64,000 nucleotides of DNA, from positions 67,012 through 131,011 of the forward strand of contig JALEGL010000008.1 in the NCBI GenBank assembly GCA_022763185.1, written 5' to 3'. This stretch comes from a bacterium. GTDB lineage: Bacteria > Bdellovibrionota_G > JALEGL01. The notes beneath the pieces were generated by a model. The model was given only the letters and a program-made list of their open reading frames with translations. It did no database searches and was not told where the DNA came from. The position numbers and the translations under genes were made by a program. Of the stretch, positions 20,175 through 28,355 are shown in pieces; position 1 is the stretch's first letter, and every line of letters starts with the position of its first letter.

Positions 20175-21542
20175 TCAAGAACGATTTTTTGCAAATAAAA
20201 GCCCCAAAGCAAAAGCTAGCGTTGAGGATAAAACAATAGTCCATGACCAAGCCAAAGCCGGTTTGATGTAAAAATTGGCAAATACAGTGCTAAAAAAACC
20301 ACCCAACAAAGCTGAGATAATCATGCTGGTGTTAACCGGACGTTTTAGAAAAACAAATAAACTTAAAATACCTATGAGGCCACCATTAATATAGTTCATA
20401 GATCCCATAGCTAAGCTTAAAAAATCTTTGGCGTGTTGATTGATTTGAATAAACAGTAGAGCAAAGCCCAACAAGCAAAGCAAAGATAAAAATGACCAGT
20501 ATTGGCCTGAGCGTTCACTGCTAAAGATAGATTTCCAAATGGCGCCTGTTGAATTGATGGCAGAATCTAAAGTGGACATGGCCGCAGCAAAAACCAAAAC
20601 TGTAAAAGAACCAAGAAACAGTGGGTTGTTGATGGTCATCATATAACTGACCAAAGGTGACTTTGCATCTAAGCCATGTAAGTTGGATTGTTTGAGTAAA
20701 ATACCCACCGTCAAATAAAGAACAATAACCAAAGTGGCGCCCACACCAGATAACACCATGGCTTTTTGTGCTTCAGGCAGGCTTTTTACGGCCAGGACGC
20801 GTTGATTTAGGTCTTGATCAGCACCATGACTGCCAATGGGAATGAATATTCCACCAATCAGTAAAGAGATAAAGTATAGAGCATTGTGGTGATTGGCTTG
20901 GGTATTAATCCAAGAGCTTTGAGCAAACCAATCTTCAACAGTGTAATGTTGAGTAAAGTGAATGCAGAGGAAAAACCCCATCAAAAGAATGATGTACGCT
21001 TGGATTTGATCGGTAAAAATAACAGCTTGTAGTCCACCCAACAAACTATAGAGACCCACAATGAAAGTGATCATAATTAAGCATGTTCCGATGGGTATAT
21101 TCAACAACTGGTTAAGAGCATAGCCAGCCATAAAAAAGCGAACACCGCTGGAGATGAATTTTGCTAACAAATATGCAGCACTGAGAACTTTTTTAGCATT
21201 TGCATTGTTACCACAGATGGTCTGATAAATAGAAAGTTTGTGGGGTTCATAAAGTTTTTGCAGGTAAAAGTAAGCGACCAACCAACGGCCAATAATATAG
21301 CCCATGCCTAACCAAGCCAGTTGATAACTCGAACTCATCCCCACAGCTGGAAAAATTAAAATGGTAGCAACCGAGGTTTCAGTGGCTACAACAGACAACA
21401 CTGAAGGAACAAGGCCAATGTTTCTATTGGCGAGAAAGTAACTTTTATCTGTTGTCTGTTTGGTTTTTTTTATGAAAAAAAAACCAGAAAACAATATCAA
21501 AAAGTAAACAACAAGAGGCGTAAAAAATAATACTTGTCCCAT
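20175..21542 (-). CDS. sodium:solute symporter family (SSF) transporter
   Basis: 455-aa polytopic protein. The N-terminal region (FLANRNIGLVPSVLSVVATETSVATIL) resembles the SSF (PutP/PanF-like) signature. Confidence 0.6.
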   Translation of the reverse strand: MGQVLFFTPLVVYFLILFSGFFFIKKTKQTTDKSYFLANRNIGLVPSVLSVVATETSVATILIFPAVGMSSSYQLAWLGMGYIIGRWLVAYFYLQKLYEPHKLSIYQTICGNNANAKKVLSAAYLLAKFISSGVRFFMAGYALNQLLNIPIGTCLIMITFIVGLYSLLGGLQAVIFTDQIQAYIILLMGFFLCIHFTQHYTVEDWFAQSSWINTQANHHNALYFISLLIGGIFIPIGSHGADQDLNQRVLAVKSLPEAQKAMVLSGVGATLVIVLYLTVGILLKQSNLHGLDAKSPLVSYMMTINNPLFLGSFTVLVFAAAMSTLDSAINSTGAIWKSIFSSERSGQYWSFLSLLCLLGFALLFIQINQHAKDFLSLAMGSMNYINGGLIGILSLFVFLKRPVNTSMIISALLGGFFSTVFANFYIKPALAWSWTIVLSSTLAFALGLLFAKNRS

Positions 21543-21583
21543 TAAACTTAAAAATACTGAATTACTTGGTTGTTTTTATCGCT

Positions 21584-22222
21584 TTAGTTTGTAGGCTTGT
21601 ATTTCACAGAGCAGCCAATGGCTCTGGTGCTAGCGATTTCACTCTCAATGGTTTTACCTTTAAAAATACGATTGAATAAAACATCTTTTAAGTACTTATG
21701 CTCAGCGCTTTTAATAGAAGAAGCTTTAAGTGAATTAGCATTTTTGCCACCATCAACACCTCCTTGATAAATTAGCTTACCCTCTGGATCAATAATAAAT
21801 ATATGGGGGGTAGCACTGGCACCGAAGGCTTTGCCTATTTCGCCTGATTCATCAATGATAAACGCATCGGCATTGGAGTCAAAATCAGACATGATTTTTT
21901 TTGCTTCATCGTTACTAAAGTAAGCGGGGTGTTTTTTGTACGAAGAACTTATACTGAGCCAGACAAGCGGGTGTTTTTTATCAGACTTGGCTTCTTTTTG
22001 AATATTGGGCAAATTTTTGCTGTTATAATGTTTTTTAACATAGGGGCAGCTAGGGTTAAACCATTCTAAAACAATGTATTTACCTTTTAAGTTCTCTAGA
22101 CTGTAGGTTTTACCATCGTGACCTATGGCAGAAAAAGCTGGCGCTTTCTGGCCAATATTGGCAGCAAAACTCAATGAACATAAAGCAATGACAGTAAAAA
22201 GTATATTCTTGATTGTAGACAT
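21584..22222 (-). CDS. secreted thioredoxin-fold (redoxin/AhpC-TSA-like) protein, monothiol NxxC variant
   Basis: Signal peptide. WFNPSCPYVKKH aligns with the ICNHCPYVKH motif of the paralogue at 42792-43373, and the C-terminal IGCSVKYK matches IGCNIKWK. Confidence 0.55.
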   Translation of the reverse strand: MSTIKNILFTVIALCSLSFAANIGQKAPAFSAIGHDGKTYSLENLKGKYIVLEWFNPSCPYVKKHYNSKNLPNIQKEAKSDKKHPLVWLSISSSYKKHPAYFSNDEAKKIMSDFDSNADAFIIDESGEIGKAFGASATPHIFIIDPEGKLIYQGGVDGGKNANSLKASSIKSAEHKYLKDVLFNRIFKGKTIESEIASTRAIGCSVKYKPTN

Positions 22223-22259
22223 GATTCTAATCCTCCCAAAAGTTTTGTTCAGTTGTATC

Positions 22260-24368
22260 TTATTTTGTCAGTCTGTCCATAAAAACTTTGGGTGTAAGAA
22301 TCTCTGGTAAAACAATAGGATTTTGCCCTTGATGGTAATAAATATACAAAGGAACACTGGCCCGGTTAAAACGCTTTAAAAAATCTGTAATGCTTGCGTC
22401 ATAGTGAGTCCAGTCAGCTTTAATCATCACAATATTGTTGGTTTCAACAAAGTCTAAAACATTTTTATTATTGAAGGTGATGCTCTCATTGACTTTACAC
22501 GTTACACACCAATCGGCTGTGAAATCAATGAATACATGATGTTTTTGTTCAAGATGATTTTGTAGAGTTTGCGGAGAAAAATCAAGCCATAAACCAGAAT
22601 ACTTTTGCGATGCACTTGTTTTATCAACGACTGTATCAGGCAAACATTTGTTTAAAGCAAAGATGCCAATGCTTAAATTAAATATAAGAATAAAATATAG
22701 AAAAACTTTTGATAAAGTGCGCTTAAATTTTAAGATAAATATAACACTGGCAAAAAATAAAAGTGAAAACAGAAGCCAGAACATATGATTGATCGATTGC
22801 AGCTGGCCATAAAGCCAGGAAAGCCAAAGTAGAGTAGCCAACATGGGGAAAAATAAAATATGTTTAAATGTATTCAACCAGGGTCCGCTTTTGGGAAGGC
22901 TAGGGATGTGTTTTGGAAAAAAGAAGATGTAGAGATAGGGTAGGGTAAATCCAAGACCCAAAAATAGAAAAATAACTAAAATATAAACCATAGTTTGAGT
23001 GAGAGCATAGCCCAAAGAGACGCCCATAAATGGAGCTGAACAAGGTGAAGCCAAGAGAACTGCAAGAAAACCTGTAAAAAAAGATTGTGACTTCTTAACC
23101 CCACTGAGTTGTTGATTGAGCTTTGATAAACCTGGAAGTTCAATATGAATTAAATCAACAAAGCTCAAGGCTAAGATTAAAAATACAAAAGAGAGTGTTA
23201 AAATAAACCATGGAGATTGAAGTTGAAACCCCCAGCCAAGAGAAAGCCCCATTTGTTTTAAGGCAACAATGCATAAAGCTATGCTTTGAAAACAAGTAAT
23301 ACAGCCAACAATAAACAGTCCGGCATCTTTACGAATGTCTTTATACGAGTTTTTCTGATGATGAACCAATGAAATAAGTTTTAAGGAAATAATGGGAAAT
23401 ACACAGGGCATTAGGTTTAAAATGGCACCTCCTATAAAAGCAAAAATAATCATCAACCATAAAGAAGGAGCGTCTTTATTCGACTGAGATTCTGATAAAA
23501 TTTGAGTCGTTTGAAGTGCTGGCTCTGACCCTTCAGTATTAACCAAAAAATAGTGGTGAGTGTTTTCGGTGTGAATTAAGAGCAGCCCTTTGATGCTATC
23601 AACATCAAGGGCTTGAGTTTTTTCAAACTCAAGGCTTAAGTTTTGTTGTTCAGCCGTAACTTTAGGTTTTTTGTAAGAAAGAATAGAAGGTTCTTCAACT
23701 AAAAAATCATAATCTTTAATATTCAGCTTTGAAGTGGATTTTGGAAGAACCAAGTTAAGCTGAGTGCTTTGTTTTTGATCTTTTAAAGTATAGTTTTGAA
23801 TCGGTGTATTTGCTTGCTGCGTGTTAAAACGATTAAACGTGTTTTGAATATCCTGGTTGACCGTCAGTGAAGAAGCATCAACAATATCAAGCTTAAGCTC
23901 AAACTGTCCAAACTCAGGAACACATTCTTCTTTACAAACCAGCCATTGAGCATCTAGCGTAATATCAAGAGGTGATTTAGCGTTATGTTCTGGGAGAAGC
24001 CTAATCGGAACAAGTAAAATAAGTTCATCTTTATAGGCAAAAGACGTCAGAGGAGGTGTGTCTATTCTTACTGGGGTAGGCCATTGAGTTTCATAAAACT
24101 CAAGCCCTTTTGCAGTAAACGTTAACGTTGCAGGAGCGCCGGAGTCTCCTGGGTTTTTCCAGTAAGTATGCCAGCCTTCATTGAGTTTTATCTGAAAAGC
24201 AAGGTGTGTTGATGGGGAATGATCAGAGATGGCTATATTATTATGTTGTGCGATGAGCCGAGCTTGACTGTGTGAAAAAGTTTTGAATTTTGATTGATTG
24301 GGGGCTTGAGCAAAACCATAGGTATGAAAAAAGAACAATCCCAAACAGGCAAATAAAAAATTTTTCAT
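22260..24368 (-). CDS. dsbD: thiol:disulfide interchange protein DsbD (protein-disulfide reductase)
   Basis: Three-domain architecture. The N-terminal periplasmic domain has GWHTYWKNPGDSG. The central TM domain carries Cys in LMPCVFPII and LASPCSAPF. The C-terminal thioredoxin domain has WCVTC. Confidence 0.88.
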   Translation of the reverse strand: MKNFLFACLGLFFFHTYGFAQAPNQSKFKTFSHSQARLIAQHNNIAISDHSPSTHLAFQIKLNEGWHTYWKNPGDSGAPATLTFTAKGLEFYETQWPTPVRIDTPPLTSFAYKDELILLVPIRLLPEHNAKSPLDITLDAQWLVCKEECVPEFGQFELKLDIVDASSLTVNQDIQNTFNRFNTQQANTPIQNYTLKDQKQSTQLNLVLPKSTSKLNIKDYDFLVEEPSILSYKKPKVTAEQQNLSLEFEKTQALDVDSIKGLLLIHTENTHHYFLVNTEGSEPALQTTQILSESQSNKDAPSLWLMIIFAFIGGAILNLMPCVFPIISLKLISLVHHQKNSYKDIRKDAGLFIVGCITCFQSIALCIVALKQMGLSLGWGFQLQSPWFILTLSFVFLILALSFVDLIHIELPGLSKLNQQLSGVKKSQSFFTGFLAVLLASPCSAPFMGVSLGYALTQTMVYILVIFLFLGLGFTLPYLYIFFFPKHIPSLPKSGPWLNTFKHILFFPMLATLLWLSWLYGQLQSINHMFWLLFSLLFFASVIFILKFKRTLSKVFLYFILIFNLSIGIFALNKCLPDTVVDKTSASQKYSGLWLDFSPQTLQNHLEQKHHVFIDFTADWCVTCKVNESITFNNKNVLDFVETNNIVMIKADWTHYDASITDFLKRFNRASVPLYIYYHQGQNPIVLPEILTPKVFMDRLTK

Positions 24369-24507
24369 GCTCTGTTTTTATACAAAGCCAGCATAATGTC
24401 AAAAATCTTGTAATCATTTTCAATGGATAGTTGATTTTTTTATATTTCACCGTTATGGAAGCAAAATTACTGATATCACTTTAGTTCAATGTAAGGAGTT
24501 ATAAAAA

Positions 24508-26571
24508 ATGGATATGGAAACTTTGAAATTGGCAACCCCAGTTGCGGGTATTGCAGGTTTGGTGGTTGCATTTTTGATATATTTAAATATCAAAAGTAGA
24601 GCAACTGGTACAGATAGAATGAAAGAAATTGCTTTAGCCATTGAAGATGGTGCCATGGCATTTTTAAAACGTGAATATCAAATTTTAACTGGTTTTGTCA
24701 TCATTGTTGCGGCATTGATGGCTTGGAAACTGGATGTTAATACAGCCATAGCTTTTATATTTGGTGCCTTATGTTCTGTATTTGCAGGTTTCTTTGGGAT
24801 GAAATCTGCCACCAAATCCAATGTCAGAACAACAGCTGCAGCAAAAGATCAAGGTCAAGCAGCAGCTTTGAGTGTAGCCTTCTTAGGCGGCTCAGTGATG
24901 GGCCTATCCGTGGCTTCTTTAGGCTTGTTAGGTGTGGGTATTTTATTTTGGATGTACGGCAGTCCTGAAACTGCGCAAGTGATCAATGGTTTTTCCATGG
25001 GCGCCAGCTCCATTGCTCTTTTTGCACGTGTAGGTGGCGGTATTTATACCAAAGCTGCAGATGTTGGAGCTGACCTTGTAGGTAAAGTTGAAGCGGGTAT
25101 TCCTGAAGATGATCCAAGAAACCCTGGCGTTATTGCTGATAATGTTGGTGATAATGTTGGCGATGTAGCCGGTATGGGTGCTGATATTTTTGAATCCTAT
25201 GTTGGATCTATCATTGCTACAATAGCTTTGGGTGCCACTGTTGTTGGTACGGCATTGGTAAGCTTGGGTGATGGCAGTGGTGTTGAAGAAAGTGTTTTAA
25301 GGTCTGCATTGATGGGCTTACCACTTATGTTAGCTTTAGCTGGCCTGGGTGCTTCACTGGTAGGAATTGCTTCTATTAAAGTGTTAAAAGATTCTGATCC
25401 AGCCAAAGCTTTACGTTATTCAACTTTTATTGCGGCGGGTTTATTTTTATTGGCCAGTTACTTTATTGTTAACTGCCTTCCAATCAGCAACGGTTTGTTT
25501 TACGCCATTTTGGTGGGAACCATTGCCGGAACCTGCATTGGTTTGGTTACTGAATATTATACTAGTGCTGCACCAGTACGTAGAATTGCTAAAGCTTCTC
25601 AAACAGGAGCAGCTACAAATATTATTGCAGGTCTTGCCGTTGGTTTAGAAAGCTGTGTGATGCCCATCATTATGATTGCCATTGCCATCTTTTTTGCCAA
25701 TAGTTTGGGCGGTTTGTACGGAATTGCTCTAGCAGCTGTCGGTATGCTAGCAACCGTGGGTGTAACCATGTCTGTGGATGCCTATGGTCCTATTGCCGAT
25801 AACGCAGGAGGAATTTCTGAAATGAGCGGTTTGGGTGAAGACGTCAGAAAAATCACAGATGGTTTGGATGCTTTGGGCAACACAACAGCTGCTGTAGGTA
25901 AAGGTTTTGCCATTGGTTCTGCTGCTTTGACTGCCTTAGCTTTGTTTGCAGCTTATACACAAGGGATAGATTATGTCAGAGCCATGCGAGGAGACAGTGC
26001 CATTGTGATTGCCATCACTGATGCTAAAGTTGTGATTGGTTTATTGCTGGGTGGTGTTTTACCTTTCTTTGTTGGTGCTTATACCATGACCAGTGTGGGT
26101 AGAGCTGCCGGATATATGGTAGATGAAATCAGACGCCAGTTTAGAGAAATCCCTGGATTGCTTGAAGGTAAAGAAGGCGTTAAACCTGATTCAGCCCGCT
26201 GTGTGGAAATTTCAACCAGTGCTGCATTAAAAGAAATGGTTGTCCCTGGTCTTGTGGCCGTTGTATCTCCTGTTGTCATTGGTTTTGGTTTAGGTGCAGA
26301 GGCTTTAGGTGGAACTTTGGCGGGTGCAACTGTAACCGGTGTATTGATGGCTTTGTTTATGTCCAATGGCGGTGGTGCTTGGGATAATGCCAAAAAAGCC
26401 ATTGAAAATGGTGAAATAGAAGGCGAGAGCAAAGGCTCTGAAGCTCATAAAGCAACTGTAGTTGGTGACACAGTGGGTGATCCATTCAAAGATACCAGCG
26501 GACCATCAATGAACATCTTGATTAAATTGATGTCTATTGTGTCTTTGGTGATTGCTCCGATGATCGCATAG
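24508..26571 (+). CDS. hppA: membrane-bound pyrophosphate-energized cation pump (K+-dependent type)
   Basis: Signature [27 protein letters not shown], 687 aa with about 16 TM helices. GNTTAA (Ala, not Lys) at 25876-25893 indicates the K+-dependent subfamily. Confidence 0.95.
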   Translation: MDMETLKLATPVAGIAGLVVAFLIYLNIKSRATGTDRMKEIALAIEDGAMAFLKREYQILTGFVIIVAALMAWKLDVNTAIAFIFGALCSVFAGFFGMKSATKSNVRTTAAAKDQGQAAALSVAFLGGSVMGLSVASLGLLGVGILFWMYGSPETAQVINGFSMGASSIALFARVGGGIYTKAADVGADLVGKVEAGIPEDDPRNPGVIADNVGDNVGDVAGMGADIFESYVGSIIATIALGATVVGTALVSLGDGSGVEESVLRSALMGLPLMLALAGLGASLVGIASIKVLKDSDPAKALRYSTFIAAGLFLLASYFIVNCLPISNGLFYAILVGTIAGTCIGLVTEYYTSAAPVRRIAKASQTGAATNIIAGLAVGLESCVMPIIMIAIAIFFANSLGGLYGIALAAVGMLATVGVTMSVDAYGPIADNAGGISEMSGLGEDVRKITDGLDALGNTTAAVGKGFAIGSAALTALALFAAYTQGIDYVRAMRGDSAIVIAITDAKVVIGLLLGGVLPFFVGAYTMTSVGRAAGYMVDEIRRQFREIPGLLEGKEGVKPDSARCVEISTSAALKEMVVPGLVAVVSPVVIGFGLGAEALGGTLAGATVTGVLMALFMSNGGGAWDNAKKAIENGEIEGESKGSEAHKATVVGDTVGDPFKDTSGPSMNILIKLMSIVSLVIAPMIA

Positions 26572-26604
26572 TATTTATTTCTGGGTATCGATATACAGCT
26601 CAAA

Positions 26605-26640
26605 AAGAGCGGTAGTCTTTTGGACACCGCTCTTTTTTAT
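26605..26640 (+). terminator. rho-independent terminator after hppA
   Basis: Hairpin agagcggt-(12 nt)-accgctct followed by tttttatttt. Confidence 0.7.
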
Positions 26641-26810
26641 TTTGTAAGACTGTTTAAAATCAAAAAATAATCCTACTGTTTAGAAAAAAATTTAATTTTT
26701 GCAGCTTTATCATTGGGGTAGATTTCTAAAATTTAAGCCTTGAATCTGCCAATAATTCTATGCTATGTAAAATCAATTCTAGATTTGTTCATCTTTGTTT
26801 TGGGGGAAAC

Positions 26811-27806
26811 ATGAGAAATATTTTATATTGTTTGGTTATATTATTTTCACCGTATTTATTTGCGCAAAAAATCATAATAAATTTGTATCCAGAGTTACAT
26901 GGTGTTGGAAAATGTCCAGAGCAAACTGAAAAGTTAAAAACACTTACTATTTTAAGTGATAATTTTTATTTAGGTTTAGAAAATCAGCTTGCTTATGATG
27001 GACAAAGCTTAAATCCTTTTGGACTTGAGTCACCAAGAATTTATGCACCCGGGCATTATTTTTTACAGATGGTTAGAGCCTATTTACATCAAGCCAATAT
27101 GCTTTATTATGCTAAAGGAAATCCAGTTCCAAACTTTAATCAAAAAGTTTATGTTAGTCTAAGAAATGCTTTAGGCAGCATGCTAAGCATGTTTTTCACT
27201 ATGGAAAATTACAACAGATATATTCCAGAGGTTGATGAAATAGTGATAAATGATAATGAAATGCTTCATGATTTGGAACAAGTAAAAACTGTTCACTCTC
27301 AAGTTGATACTGCATTAAAAAACAATAATTTAACGGTTGTAGCTAATTTGAACCCAATCAATACTGCTATGACCAATTATTTGAATTATTTCTATCAAGA
27401 TAAAAAAGCCGCCGTAATGGCCATTGTTGATGATCCAGGGCTTGCACAAGCAAAAAAAGAATACAGTATCGCCAGCAATGAAGAGATAAAAGCACAGCGA
27501 GATAGCTTAATTAATTTTAAAGGTAATCAAATCGATTACATTGACCGTATACATCCTCAACTGATTGAAGAATACATTGAATACAGCCTAATCAACAAAA
27601 ACTACATGTTTCTTGATAATATCTATGACTACATACAAGAAAATAGTATTGAAACTTCTGATACACTTTCTGTAATTGTGGGTAAAAACCATGTTTTTGG
27701 CATGCAGCGCTTGGTGCAGCTTATTCCTAGGTTTAATGAAGCTTTCGAACTCGAAGTGCAAGAGGACTGTGCCAGCATTGAAGACTTTGATCCGTTTAAA
27801 CGATAA
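26811..27806 (+). CDS. secreted hypothetical protein
   Basis: The ORF is open from 26760, but a signal peptide (MRNILYCLVILFSPYLFAQ) begins at the internal Met at 26811. There are no recognisable motifs. Confidence 0.4.
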   Translation: MRNILYCLVILFSPYLFAQKIIINLYPELHGVGKCPEQTEKLKTLTILSDNFYLGLENQLAYDGQSLNPFGLESPRIYAPGHYFLQMVRAYLHQANMLYYAKGNPVPNFNQKVYVSLRNALGSMLSMFFTMENYNRYIPEVDEIVINDNEMLHDLEQVKTVHSQVDTALKNNNLTVVANLNPINTAMTNYLNYFYQDKKAAVMAIVDDPGLAQAKKEYSIASNEEIKAQRDSLINFKGNQIDYIDRIHPQLIEEYIEYSLINKNYMFLDNIYDYIQENSIETSDTLSVIVGKNHVFGMQRLVQLIPRFNEAFELEVQEDCASIEDFDPFKR

Positions 27807-27843
27807 GTTCTCCATTGAAGGTTTTGCAATGTTTATTAAAATG

Positions 27844-27932
27844 AACAAGGCTTGTGTTTTGTGTGTGCAAGCCTTGTTATAGTATGTTCAGTCCAGCCAA
27901 ACTTAAGCTAAGCATGGCCCTTAGCTTGGCTG
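27844..27932. terminator. two hairpins between convergent genes (hypothetical / sufE)
   Basis: Hairpin 1 is aacaaggcttg-(13 nt)-caagccttgtt. Hairpin 2 is an imperfect cagccaa..agctaag / cttagcttggctg followed by attttg, overlapping the sufE stop. Confidence 0.35.
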
Positions 27933-28340
27933 ATTTTGCGCATAAGATTGAATGGTTTTAACCATAGAATAAAAGCCATTGCGTCGTATGGGGCTGAGGT
28001 GACTTTCTAAACCAAGCTTTTTGAAAATGTTTTCAATATCGGTTTGAGCTATATCCTGTGGAGACTGACTATTGTATATGGCCATGAGTAAGGCAACTAA
28101 ACCTTTCACGATAATTGCGTCGCTGTCTGCATGGAAATATATAGCATCAGGTGTGGTTTTATCTTCATCAATGGCAAGCCAGACATTGCTCATGCAGCCT
28201 TCAACTTTGTATTGATCGGTTTTGTATTGGTCATCAATAGCAGGCATTTTTTTGGCGAGTTCAATGATATAAGTGTACTTGTCTTCCCAGTCACTCATAA
28301 ATTCAAAGTCTTCTAAAATATTTTTTATTTCTGCTTTCAT
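27921..28340 (-). CDS. sufE: cysteine desulfuration protein SufE family
   Basis: Conserved active-site region VEGCMSNVWL and the downstream GLESHLSPIRRNG block, 139 aa. Confidence 0.8.
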   Translation of the reverse strand: MKAEIKNILEDFEFMSDWEDKYTYIIELAKKMPAIDDQYKTDQYKVEGCMSNVWLAIDEDKTTPDAIYFHADSDAIIVKGLVALLMAIYNSQSPQDIAQTDIENIFKKLGLESHLSPIRRNGFYSMVKTIQSYAQNQPS

Positions 28341-28355
28341 CGGGTTTACCTCTCA

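Noticed and set aside
24241-24450. 69-aa minus-strand ORF upstream of dsbD.
   Set aside because: It overlaps the dsbD N-terminus and the intergenic region, has no signal or motif content, and is probably spurious.
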